NCBI GenBank assembly: GCA_965215015.1
Contig: OZ244042.1
Coordinates: forward strand, 1,088,001 to 1,152,000
Origin: Candidatus Poribacteria bacterium
GTDB taxonomy: Bacteria; Poribacteria; WGA-4E; PCPOR2b
Reading direction: 5' to 3'
Length of the DNA stretch: 64,000 nt
The notes below the pieces were generated by a model. It saw only the letters and a list, made by a program, of their open reading frames with translations. It was not told the origin of the DNA and ran no database searches. The translations under genes were made by a program, and so were the position numbers. Below, in pieces: positions 9,878 to 19,302 of this stretch; position 1 is the stretch's first letter; every line of letters begins with the position of its first letter.

Positions 9878-12595
9878 TTATACTTTAGGTTTAGCGTGCT
9901 TCTCCAGAATGAGTTGCGTCCGATCCTCTCGTACCAGCATATCGAAAAAACGTTTCGCTGCGAGATAATCTTCGGGTGGGATAATTGACTCCTTGATAGT
10001 GAAGCTAATTTCGTAATGAATCTGATTCCCTTTCAGTTTATACTGTCGCTCCATGCTGGCAAAGCGATTTTCCAGACGAAGATCTTGCGGAAAGGTCGCT
10101 GTCCACCCCTCCGGCAGGATAATCCGGATTGTTTTCTTCATCTGCATCGGGTACCTCAAATCAAGTGGGTGCTGACGTTCAGCCGCTGCAAAAATCTCTG
10201 CATAGTCTGAAAATTCATCGCTCGGCAGCGGAAACATCAGGCGGTTCCCAACCAGCTCAGCGTAATTCTTAGCGGTAAAACCAACGTTGAGCTGCACCGG
10301 TTCGTTGAGATCCCCCAAATTAGAAACCTGCACTGAATCAACTCGGACGCCGGGAAATTGCTTACTAAGTCCGACAGCAAAGGTATCCTTCCACTCACTC
10401 GGCGACACCTGCTTGTACTCCAACCGCGCTTCAAAATTGTATTGCCCAAGGGTATCAATCCGCATGGCCCCCTGAACCGTCCCATCTTCTGTCACCACGA
10501 TTTCTGTGTCAACGATTAACCGATTGGATTCCGGTGTAGAGATGGGAATATCCACAAACTCACCCCAATCGCTTTGTATCACGAACCCCTTTCGTCCTCT
10601 ATTCCGTGCCGGGAGATCGCCGTAGCTGCAGGTATCGGCAGCTGGATCGAGCCAAATATAGTCGCCATCGTTACGCGGAACCGCAGCAATCAGGTGGCTA
10701 AACTGTCCGAGCGAAGGGAGTTCCAGATCAATGTATTGATACGGTGCAGGATTCAGCATCACCGGAAACGCCTCAATACCAACCAAATCAAGCATTGCAA
10801 TCATCAAGGTAGTCTTATCCTTGCAGTCACCGTATCGGACACTGAGCACCTGATCGGCGGGCGTGGGCTGATATGCACCTTGCCCCAGTTCAATCCCCAC
10901 ATAGCGAATCTGTGATGCGACGAAATGGTATATTGCCCGAATTTTGTCATCCTCCGTGAGCAGATTTGCTGTGAGTTCCTCGACGGTTTCTTCAATTGCT
11001 TGATCAACGGTATACCGGTCCTTTGCAATGTCTTTGTACCAATTGTAAACAGCGTCCCAAGACTCTACAGAGGAATAACTCAAGCGTGGAACAATATTGT
11101 TAGTCGCCGGCATGTTGTACTCCTCTTTAAGAGCAGGTGTTTCGCCGTAGATCCAGAGATGGGTGCTAGTTTCCTTCTCATGTAGTACCTGAGGATTGAG
11201 TTGGCAATGGATTGCCTTCCACTTGAAGTTCGTCCCTTTGGGTACACGTAAGGCATAGGCGGATTGCAGAATCGGATCTGTAGATTGAAAACTGAAGCCG
11301 CCCCAAAACCATGAGGTGCTCCCAACCGATGCCGCCCCCGCATCTTCAAGTGTGACCTGATACTCAATGCACACTCCCGGCTTGAGAGCGGGCATCGAGA
11401 TCACCCGCCACATAGAATCAGAATAGAGGTTATAGGAGAGCAGCCCCGGCGGTGTGACATCGTTGAACGCCTCCTCCGGGGGTTCAACAACAGACCCGTC
11501 GGGGGTAATAGTCCGCGCAATATTGACGGTAATGTATTGTGCGTTGGGTGTGTGTGGAATGGCGATATCATCATAGCTCTGCACCCCTCTCTCCGTCAGA
11601 ATCTTGATTACCTGATGGGAGGTATAGCGAGATTTCCCAGTCGGGGTGACTTCGTGGCTAAACTGGTTGAGTAAAATGATTGCGTCAGCATTGGGGTAAT
11701 CTACCGCATCAGGAGCCGCAGCGATGACTCCCTCAATGTCGATGTCAATTAAATCTACAGGCACAAGGTCAACAACCATTCGAGCAGATTGATCTAACTG
11801 TGCAAGGGCTTGGAGGCGCGTCGGTGCAAGGAGATTCTGCGGATCTATCTCTAAAATTTTATGGTACTGGAGCTGTGCTTCATAGTAACGTCCATGCTCC
11901 TCGTAGAGAGAGGCGAGGCTTTGGCGGGACCATATATCTTTCGGGAAAAGCCGGATCGACTCCCTAAATTCCGCAATAGCTTCGCCAATCTCGCCTCTCT
12001 CCCAGTAAACCAAGGCGAGATAGTTATGCAGATTTCTGCTAGCGGGCCGTGCAGATTTTGGATCAATCGCCATCGCCTTTCGTAAAACCCCTTCAGCGTC
12101 GTCAAGCCGACCAAGCTGCTTGTAAGCTACTCCAAGATGGCTGAGGGCGTACAGGTTATGCGGCTCAACCTCTAAGGTATCTTCGTAAACTTGCGCCGCA
12201 GCCTTATAGTTGTTCAGTCTCTCATAAATGTAACCGAGAGAATTGCGCGCATCCATATTCTGGGGAACGAGCCTTACTGTGGCAGCAAAAGCGTCCCTCG
12301 CCTTTTCATATTCCTCCTGTTGGAGGTAGATCTTAGCGATTTGGAATTGGATCTGGCTCATATTCGGCTTAATCACTAATGCAGCTTGATAGGCTTCAAG
12401 CGCACGCTTCAAGTCTTTATCTTGGAGAGCCAAATTTCCCGCCTCGACCTGTTCACGCCACTCTTTATTTCGTTCAACCAGCGGATCGACAATCACCCTC
12501 TCAGCGGATTGACCTCGACTGAAGATTGAACAACCACTCAGCAACAGCAGGATTGTGATCAGGGAAATGTCTGTTTTGAAATGTCGGATTACCAC
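9878..12595 (-). CDS. Lipoprotein with TPR repeats, DUF3857, transglutaminase-like core and DUF3858-like C-terminus
   Basis: Lipobox LLSGC; several TPRs in the first ~265 aa; YPNADAIILL; catalytic GDCKDK, FSHLIA and WLDP (Cys-His-Asp). Confidence 0.88.
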   Translation of the reverse strand: MVIRHFKTDISLITILLLLSGCSIFSRGQSAERVIVDPLVERNKEWREQVEAGNLALQDKDLKRALEAYQAALVIKPNMSQIQFQIAKIYLQQEEYEKARDAFAATVRLVPQNMDARNSLGYIYERLNNYKAAAQVYEDTLEVEPHNLYALSHLGVAYKQLGRLDDAEGVLRKAMAIDPKSARPASRNLHNYLALVYWERGEIGEAIAEFRESIRLFPKDIWSRQSLASLYEEHGRYYEAQLQYHKILEIDPQNLLAPTRLQALAQLDQSARMVVDLVPVDLIDIDIEGVIAAAPDAVDYPNADAIILLNQFSHEVTPTGKSRYTSHQVIKILTERGVQSYDDIAIPHTPNAQYITVNIARTITPDGSVVEPPEEAFNDVTPPGLLSYNLYSDSMWRVISMPALKPGVCIEYQVTLEDAGAASVGSTSWFWGGFSFQSTDPILQSAYALRVPKGTNFKWKAIHCQLNPQVLHEKETSTHLWIYGETPALKEEYNMPATNNIVPRLSYSSVESWDAVYNWYKDIAKDRYTVDQAIEETVEELTANLLTEDDKIRAIYHFVASQIRYVGIELGQGAYQPTPADQVLSVRYGDCKDKTTLMIAMLDLVGIEAFPVMLNPAPYQYIDLELPSLGQFSHLIAAVPRNDGDYIWLDPAADTCSYGDLPARNRGRKGFVIQSDWGEFVDIPISTPESNRLIVDTEIVVTEDGTVQGAMRIDTLGQYNFEARLEYKQVSPSEWKDTFAVGLSKQFPGVRVDSVQVSNLGDLNEPVQLNVGFTAKNYAELVGNRLMFPLPSDEFSDYAEIFAAAERQHPLDLRYPMQMKKTIRIILPEGWTATFPQDLRLENRFASMERQYKLKGNQIHYEISFTIKESIIPPEDYLAAKRFFDMLVREDRTQLILEKHAKPKV

Positions 12596-12606
12596 AATTA
12601 TTCTCC

Positions 12607-12927
12607 TTACGTTTCACCTCGATGACGCATGCCAGTTAGCACAACCAACGGCTCTTCGCTCGTCACCGTAATAGAGTGATAAGTATTCGCTGGCACATCC
12701 ACGCGATCCCCAGCTTGGATCTGTCCGCGCTCCTCCTCTACCAACACATCGGCTCTACCCGACAACACGCAGACCACTTCAGCCTGTGTGTGGATGTAAT
12801 CCAGATAGGCGGCCCCGGGTGCTCCTTTCCACTGATACGCACCAAAACCTTCTGAATGTAACTGATTTTCCAACTCATCAATATCAGCAGTCTCGCCGGT
12901 TTTGAGCCAGCGAGAAATCCATTACAT
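12607..12927 (-). pseudogene. Cupin-domain gene with a stop at codon 2 (or a truncated CDS from TTG 12873)
   Basis: GGAGG RBS then ATG-TAA-TGG-ATT..., in frame with the 12607-12873 cupin ORF (YIHTQAEVVCVLSG...GDRVDVPANTYHS). Confidence 0.65.
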
Positions 12928-13247
12928 TGTCAACCTCCATGTTAGCACAATCCACGAAATTAGCATTTCATCCTATATAAGTTTACCAAAAAGCTGCCTT
13001 AACATCAACGATATTCATGCAAGTTCACTTTTGTTTCTTGAGACGATCACGACCTTCTGATATAATAACGTAAGTTGCTAGGGTATGTTGACAGTTGACA
13101 AATTGAACCCATCTGATGTGCCTTGAGGCGATTTTTGGGTTTCTGTAGGGGCAACCCCAATACCTGATGTGTCGCACAACCGTGTATAGTGAATTGAAAA
13201 CACCCGGACTATAGCGCAATTGGGAGATTTTCCGAAATTGTCAACCT

Positions 13248-13295
13248 GTAGGGGGTGGGGTTCCCAACCGTCGGGCGAGGCAACCCACCCCCTAC
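13248..13295. repeat. REP-like GTAG palindrome (GTAGGGGGTGGG...CCCACCCCCTAC)
   Basis: Perfect 12-bp terminal inverted repeat; relatives near 39274 and 44765. Confidence 0.75.
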
Positions 13296-13505
13296 GATTA
13301 GGTTCTGTTGACATTTGACAGACGGTTGCAAGCACCTCGCTATCAAGGACAGTAGAGTTTCTGCCATTCAATACCACTCCCTTACGGATACCTAGAGCAA
13401 ACCCCAACACCCCAACCAACGAACAAATGAACCCAAAAATATGACGGAGCAGAAGAAAAGGACGGAAGCAACAACGAATGCAATTATTATGTCACGGAGA
13501 AAAAA

Positions 13506-14510
13506 ATGAACGCATCGCGTTATGTTGTTGATCAGATTGAGGTTGATGATATTGAGACCTATGTCTTGCGAGATGATACCACAAAAGCAGAGGCGAGAAT
13601 CGCAACGAACCTTGGAAATAACTGCTACAGCTTTGGAATCCCCGTCAATGGTGAATGGATAGACCTGATTGACCCACCCCCCGATTTGGAAACGCTGAAA
13701 AACGAGCCAACGAAGTACGGCAATCCAATTCTATTCCCGTTTCCGAACCGTATCCGCGAAGGAAAGTTCTCTTTTGGGGGAAAGGAATACACATTCGACA
13801 AGGCACCGGGAACCCCCAACGCCATTCATGGACTCTTATTGAACCAACCGTATCAGGTAGAAAGCGTAGATACAGCGGACCGCGCTTCAATCGTCTGCCG
13901 CCTAGATTCGCGGGAATTTCCAGCGATTATGCGTCAGTATCCGCTGCCCTTTGAGATCCGGATCACCCATACGCTCATAGAAACCACTTTGACGTTGGAC
14001 ATCCATATCAGAAATACCGGTGATAATAATATGCCGATGGGATTTGGCATCCACCCTTATTTTCGTGTGCCGTTGTCATCAAAATCTTCGGCTGAACGAT
14101 GCCTAATCACTGTGCCGGCTTCAAAACGTTGGGAGCTGGAGGAACTCCTACCAACAGGTGAGGTGTCCGATCTGGACGAAGATACGGACTTCCGATCCGG
14201 AAAGCCACTCGCGGGACAGCAGTTTGACGATGTTTTGACCGGCGTCATCTTGTCAGACAACGTGAGTCGTTGCATCATTGATGACCGAGACGGGGGCGTC
14301 CGCATGATCCTAGAATCCGACGCGCAGTTTCGAGAGCTGGTCGTCTACACCCCCCCAAGCCGCCCATCAATCTGCTTTGAACCGTATACCTGCCCGAGCA
14401 ACGCAATTAATCTCGAAGCGAGAGGCATTGATGCCGGTGTCATCGTTTTGGAACCAGGGGCAGCATTTTCTGGCACAATCCGAATCATTGCGGAACTTAC
14501 GAGACTTTGA
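13506..14510 (+). CDS. Aldose 1-epimerase family protein
   Basis: GNPILFPFPNRI, NAIHG, GIHPYF, FDD and ICFEPYT motifs. Confidence 0.9.
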   Translation: MNASRYVVDQIEVDDIETYVLRDDTTKAEARIATNLGNNCYSFGIPVNGEWIDLIDPPPDLETLKNEPTKYGNPILFPFPNRIREGKFSFGGKEYTFDKAPGTPNAIHGLLLNQPYQVESVDTADRASIVCRLDSREFPAIMRQYPLPFEIRITHTLIETTLTLDIHIRNTGDNNMPMGFGIHPYFRVPLSSKSSAERCLITVPASKRWELEELLPTGEVSDLDEDTDFRSGKPLAGQQFDDVLTGVILSDNVSRCIIDDRDGGVRMILESDAQFRELVVYTPPSRPSICFEPYTCPSNAINLEARGIDAGVIVLEPGAAFSGTIRIIAELTRL

Positions 14511-14622
14511 ATTTGTTCATTTGACAGCACCTAGGTCAAGTTTCCACACTCGACACTAAAACTTAGAAACGCCGAGAATCCTCGACGAGTCGGGAGATAC
14601 AAGCACTTATATTGGATCCTTC

Positions 14623-15096
14623 ATGCAAACCCTTCACACAACCATTCACCAACTCCACAACAACGACAGCACGTTGGTTTTAATTACGGGGAAACCGGTG
14701 TCGGTAAAGAACCGGTTGCCCGATCCATTCATGGCACTTAATTGTGGGGCGATTCCTTTTGAACTGGCAGAGCCCATCTTCTTCGGCCATATCCGTGGTG
14801 CATTCACTGGAGCAATAGCAAGTCAGACGGGCTACTTTGAACGTGCCAACGGTGGAACCTTGTTTCTGGAGGAAATAGGTGACATGCTAATCAAAACCCA
14901 GGTCAAATTCCTCCGTGCGCTGGATGAGAGTGCCATCATGCCTAAAGGTTGGTCGAGCGTCGATTTGCCTACCAATCGACCGGGGAGGTATCATATAGAC
15001 GCATATACGCGAGTTTCTCTGACACAGAATAATCAAAACATCACAACGGGGCAGAATCAGCGTGACATTGTATCTGTAGAATTTATGTTGCACTAA
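14623..15096 (+). pseudogene. Fragment of a sigma54-activator AAA+ domain fused to an unrelated gene tail
   Basis: LNCGAIP, FGHIRGAFTGA and ANGGTLFLEEIGDM. Walker A (GETGVGKE) is present only across a frameshift near 14690. The domain is truncated after LRALDE. Confidence 0.75.
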
Positions 15097-15122
15097 AGTG
15101 TTGAACTAAAGGAGGCGTAACC

Positions 15123-16103
15123 ATGCGGCTGTTGTTTTTCGTGATCAGTCTTTGGCTGATCATGAGCCCCCTCCAGGGCAAAATTGTATTTTACTCCAAG
15201 AGGGATGGAAACAGTGAGATCTACACGATGGACTCCGACGGAAGGAATCAGGTCCGCTTGACGCATAGTCCAGCATTAGATGGTTTTCCGGCTTGGTCCC
15301 CGAACGGACGACAGATTTTATTTACTAGTAATCGTGATGGGAATTCTGAAGTTTATGTGATGGATGCCGCTGGCGGGAATCAACGTAACTTATCACGCCA
15401 CCCATGGAGTGATGTGGCTGGCAATTGGTCGCCGGATGGGAAACGGATTGTATTTACGAGTGCACGTGCGGGGGAGAATGCGCCAGGCAGAGTGAATGGC
15501 ATTTATACAATGGATAACGATGGGGAACATATTCAATTAGTTGTAAAGATGAAGTTTATCGCAGAGTTGAAGTGGTCCCCGGATGGGAAGCGGATAGCGT
15601 TTGAGGGGGTTATGGAAAATGGGTCGCGGGAGATTTATGTTGTTGATGCGGATGGTACGGACTTATGGCAAGCTTCACAGTCGGTTGCCGGGGGCATAAT
15701 GTTTATAGGTGGGTGGGCACCGGATAGTAAAAAGATTATATATACAAAACTTACGCGTGAAGGCGAAAAGGAGGAGGCCACTATCGTTATTGTTACAATT
15801 GATGCAAAAGGACATGAAGCTATCGAACATGAAGATGTGAAGCTGCCTCATAATCCATGGTTAAGCGTAAGTGGTGAGGCGTGGGGTTCTGATGGAAAAT
15901 CTATCCTCATCGCGGGTCGGATTGGAATTTGGAATATTTACCGTTTCCGATTCGCTGGCCGAGAGCTTATCCAGTTGACGGATAGTCCTGCAACCGATTT
16001 TGCTCCCGATGAATGGAATCCGCGCCTGCCGATCTCGCCGCAGGGATTAATACCAAGGCTTTGGGGGATATCAAGTCCCACCCATAAGTCATTAAGGAGT
16101 TGA
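15123..16103 (+). CDS. Secreted TolB-like beta-propeller (PD40 repeats)
   Basis: Signal peptide, repeated WSPDG/WSPNG motifs, SKRDGNSEIY; AAGGAGG RBS. Confidence 0.88.
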   Translation: MRLLFFVISLWLIMSPLQGKIVFYSKRDGNSEIYTMDSDGRNQVRLTHSPALDGFPAWSPNGRQILFTSNRDGNSEVYVMDAAGGNQRNLSRHPWSDVAGNWSPDGKRIVFTSARAGENAPGRVNGIYTMDNDGEHIQLVVKMKFIAELKWSPDGKRIAFEGVMENGSREIYVVDADGTDLWQASQSVAGGIMFIGGWAPDSKKIIYTKLTREGEKEEATIVIVTIDAKGHEAIEHEDVKLPHNPWLSVSGEAWGSDGKSILIAGRIGIWNIYRFRFAGRELIQLTDSPATDFAPDEWNPRLPISPQGLIPRLWGISSPTHKSLRS

Positions 16104-16163
16104 GACATTTCCAATCTAAATGCTGCGATCGGAATTCAAAGCAACTTTTTTGTGATCATAAAT

Positions 16164-17402
16164 CTATTTTTTTACAAATTGTTTCCCCGGTAACTGTTGA
16201 ACAATTCCCTTCAACTCAAGCATGACAAGGAGTGAGGAAACCTTACCGATCGGCAGCTGTGTGCCCCGTATAATCTCATCAATATGGACGCTTGAAGCAT
16301 CAATTGCCGATAGCACAGCTTGCTCATCAGGAGTTAAATTGCTTTGAACCCCAATCTTATCGGGGTTAGGTTCTCGCTTTGTCGTCGGTTGAGGGGCGAG
16401 TGTTGATTTTTTTTCGACTGATTGAGGATGAGCAGCCTTATCGGGTCGCTTTGAACCCCGATCTAGGCGGGGAGGAGGTTGGAGAGTTGCTTCGGGCGAT
16501 TCCCGCCCCAAGATTTTCGTGTAGTTTTGGGATAACGCATCAAGCAGGTCGTCAACGCTATTTATCAACGTCGCCCCTTGATTGATGAGGGAATGGGTGC
16601 CCCGTGACACATCGGAAAAGATCTGCCCCGGTACAGCAAACACTTCGCGTCCCTGTTCAGCGGCGTGACGCGCTGTAATGAGCGAACCGCTCCGTTCAGA
16701 AGCCTCAACAACAAGTGTGCCGAGCGTTAAACCACTAATCACGCGATTGCGGCGGGGAAAGTTATTGCCATGGGGCGGCATCGTCATCGGAAATTCAGAA
16801 ATCAATGCACCAGATTTGATAATTTCCGCTGCAAGTGCCCGGTTCGTTGATGGATAAATAATGCTCAACCCGCAGCCGAACACAGCAACCGTGCATCCAC
16901 CGGCTTCAAGGGCACCGCGATGCACACAAGTATCAATACCGCGGGCGAATCCACTCACGATAGTTATACCGCGTTCTGCGAGCTGATGGCTCAGTTGCTG
17001 ACTTATCGTTTTGCCGTATTCGGTCGGGCTACGCGATCCAACAATCGCGATGCTTGGTGCGTCCTGTAGGGGAAATTCGCCTATGATATAAAGCAATACG
17101 GGCGAATCGTCAATCTGCGTGAGGAGGGGTGGGTAAGAGTCATCGTTGATGGTTACGATGTGGCATTGATGCTGCTGGATCAGCTCAAGTTCTTGTGCAA
17201 GGGGAGCGCGCGATCCGCCCTCAATTAGCTGTTGCCGAACATCGGGAGTCAACCCATCGATCTGGGCTAACTCCTGTGATGTCGCAGCAAGCGATTTCTC
17301 TGCAGATCCAAAAGCCGCTAACAAGCGTCGGATGGTATGATTTCCGATACCCGGAATAAGGTTGAGATGAATGAGACTTTTCGTTTCAGCGGCTAACATC
17401 AT
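16164..17402 (-). CDS. dprA: DNA-processing protein DprA
   Basis: AIVGSR, VSGFARGID, FPRRNRVISG, SGSLITA, GREVFAVPG and C-terminal winged helix LELKG. Confidence 0.95.
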   Translation of the reverse strand: MMLAAETKSLIHLNLIPGIGNHTIRRLLAAFGSAEKSLAATSQELAQIDGLTPDVRQQLIEGGSRAPLAQELELIQQHQCHIVTINDDSYPPLLTQIDDSPVLLYIIGEFPLQDAPSIAIVGSRSPTEYGKTISQQLSHQLAERGITIVSGFARGIDTCVHRGALEAGGCTVAVFGCGLSIIYPSTNRALAAEIIKSGALISEFPMTMPPHGNNFPRRNRVISGLTLGTLVVEASERSGSLITARHAAEQGREVFAVPGQIFSDVSRGTHSLINQGATLINSVDDLLDALSQNYTKILGRESPEATLQPPPRLDRGSKRPDKAAHPQSVEKKSTLAPQPTTKREPNPDKIGVQSNLTPDEQAVLSAIDASSVHIDEIIRGTQLPIGKVSSLLVMLELKGIVQQLPGKQFVKK

Positions 17403-17411
17403 TTGCGAACC

Positions 17412-18017
17412 TCACTGACCCGTTGCCGGCTCTTCACCCGTCATCGGTTCTGCAGGAGGTAGGGCATAGAACACCTGAATATCACGGATCTGCTTAAAAA
17501 TGTTAACCTCTGCGCCGCCGTCTCCTCTTGTTCTACGCTTCTGCCCACCCACACGTCGAGACTCCCATTTTTTAGGGACCTTCAGACGCAACCTTTGGGT
17601 GTGAATTGGTTCCGGGAGCTGAAGTTTGTACTGGTCTTGAAAATGATTCTTAACACTCTTAATCGTTTCCCAATTTCCGGATTCATCTACAATTTGGACT
17701 TCAAAGAATTCAAGTTTCCCTTTATCTGCTATCACAACAATTCGCTGAACGGGCTGCGGTTTTGCCCATCTAAGCGTTGCCTGCGTAAAGTTCTCTTCTT
17801 CTTCTTGGTCTTCCCTGGTTAGGCGAGTTGTTTTCTCAATAATAAGCCTTGAGGTTTCCCCGACTGAGTGCATGTTATCATCATTCAGTTTTGGATCCTG
17901 ACACTCCGCAAACGGTGCAATGTTCCGACTCCACTGCACCGGAGGACCACTTGGGCCCAAACACCCCAGTGTAGAAATCAGACCTAGTATCACAACGGTT
18001 AGTACTACAAAACGCAT
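17412..18017 (-). CDS. Hypothetical lipoprotein with a discoidin/galactose-binding-like fold
   Basis: Lipobox TLGC; paralogous to 18647-19261 (shared WSxNxA, ETS/ETA, RxVV, W..IK.V.N, T.++R+ pattern); AAGGAGG RBS. Confidence 0.7.
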   Translation of the reverse strand: MRFVVLTVVILGLISTLGCLGPSGPPVQWSRNIAPFAECQDPKLNDDNMHSVGETSRLIIEKTTRLTREDQEEEENFTQATLRWAKPQPVQRIVVIADKGKLEFFEVQIVDESGNWETIKSVKNHFQDQYKLQLPEPIHTQRLRLKVPKKWESRRVGGQKRRTRGDGGAEVNIFKQIRDIQVFYALPPAEPMTGEEPATGQ

Positions 18018-18052
18018 ATCTTGCCTCCTTTATTTTTTGGTTCATGTCAAAA

Positions 18053-18367
18053 TAGGACTTATGCAGTTGAACGTTCAAAGCCAACACCAAAAAAGGTCGT
18101 GCAATGTTTATGGTTGGTTGAGCCAGGATTATGGCGCAATAGTCATGGTATCCTCGGTGACTCATCAAATACCAAGTGTGCCTCTCGACAGTATTGATCT
18201 ATACGACTCACGCCGCCCGATAAATCAGGCAACTACAGTTCAACCGACAGTAATAGACACGCTCCGCTTTGCCATCATTGGCACAACGGAATGGTATACG
18301 CCGTATGCCTACTACCTTAAAGACGCGCAATGAACGTGCGACTACAAACTCAAGTGCGTAACTCCTA
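18053..18367. mobile_element. MITE-like composite element, copy A (315 bp)
   Basis: Termini TAGGACTTATGCA...TGCGTAACTCCTA form an imperfect inverted repeat; internal REP-like modules are shared with 32858-33068. Confidence 0.7.
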
Positions 18368-18395
18368 TTAATAAAAAGAAAGTGCAGAGCATTAG

Positions 18396-18429
18396 AGAAA
18401 CCGAGTTTTTTTAGAAAAGCTCGGTTTCT
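18396..18429. repeat. Hairpin AGAAACCGAG...CTCGGTTTCT (repeat element or terminator)
   Basis: 10-bp perfect inverted repeat, extendable with T/A runs. Confidence 0.5.
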
Positions 18430-18646
18430 TTGTACTATTTCTTACATGAGAGATTTTTTCTAGTCAAATTCGTAGGAATTTGGGGAAGGGGTGGTTTGGT
18501 AAACAAGTTTACATCCGCCAACCCCAAGTTGTCCAAACACTGACGAGTTCGGCGACAGACTTTCTGAGAAAACTGTTTTAGAGTGAATGAAGAGGGGAAA
18601 TGAAGTGTGATAACTCACTTATCACGCCTATCACGTCTCACTCCCG

Positions 18647-19261
18647 TTAATCCAATTTTAACAGTTGATCCAGTTCCGCTTCGCGTTGATCCTCCGACTC
18701 CTTTGGGCGCGCTGCTGTCGCTGATTGGTAGCCATATAACTCAATTTCATAAATCTTAGCTGGTGCGCGACGATTTCCGCTCGCCCAAAAGTTCCGTCTC
18801 CGTTGCCCTCTACGAAGGGCCGCATCGTCGGTCGTACCTAACACACGGATGCGGATTTTGTCAGTTGGAAACGGTGCCTTCACGGATAAATCAATTGGGT
18901 TTGATGCGACATTATTAACCTCTTTGATGATTTGCCAATCCTCGCTCCCCTTATCCGCATATACGTTGAACTTCTTCAAATTGTCCGAATGAATCACAAC
19001 GCGGCGAATTGTCTTTTTTTTAGGAAGCATGACGATTGCCTGCGAGGTCGGAGCGGGACCAAAGGTGTCCTGCACCCCTTCACGAAACGCTGTTTCCCCA
19101 AACGTCCTGATATTGCCATCAATCATCCTTGTGTTCGTTGCTCTTACCCCTTCTATCGAAGCGTAATTTTCACTCCACTCCTGCCTCGCTACGATTGCAC
19201 AACCGAGCACAAATAAAAAACAAAGACAAATGGATGATAACCCCAAATAACGACCCATCAC
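18647..19261 (-). CDS. Hypothetical lipoprotein with a discoidin/galactose-binding-like fold
   Basis: Lipobox VLGC; MIDGN, IRRVVIHS, TDKIRIRV and IYEIELYG pattern typical of F5/8-like domains. Confidence 0.72.
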   Translation of the reverse strand: MMGRYLGLSSICLCFLFVLGCAIVARQEWSENYASIEGVRATNTRMIDGNIRTFGETAFREGVQDTFGPAPTSQAIVMLPKKKTIRRVVIHSDNLKKFNVYADKGSEDWQIIKEVNNVASNPIDLSVKAPFPTDKIRIRVLGTTDDAALRRGQRRRNFWASGNRRAPAKIYEIELYGYQSATAARPKESEDQREAELDQLLKLD

Positions 19262-19302
19262 TATACCCCCTTGCGGCGATTACGTGTAAACCACCGTGCA
19301 AT

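Noticed and set aside
13025-13419. Short ORFs in this spacer
   Set aside because: They are translations of repeat sequence with no protein-like features.
17920-18333. 137-aa plus-strand ORF
   Set aside because: It overlaps a real gene antisense and runs through MITE copy A.
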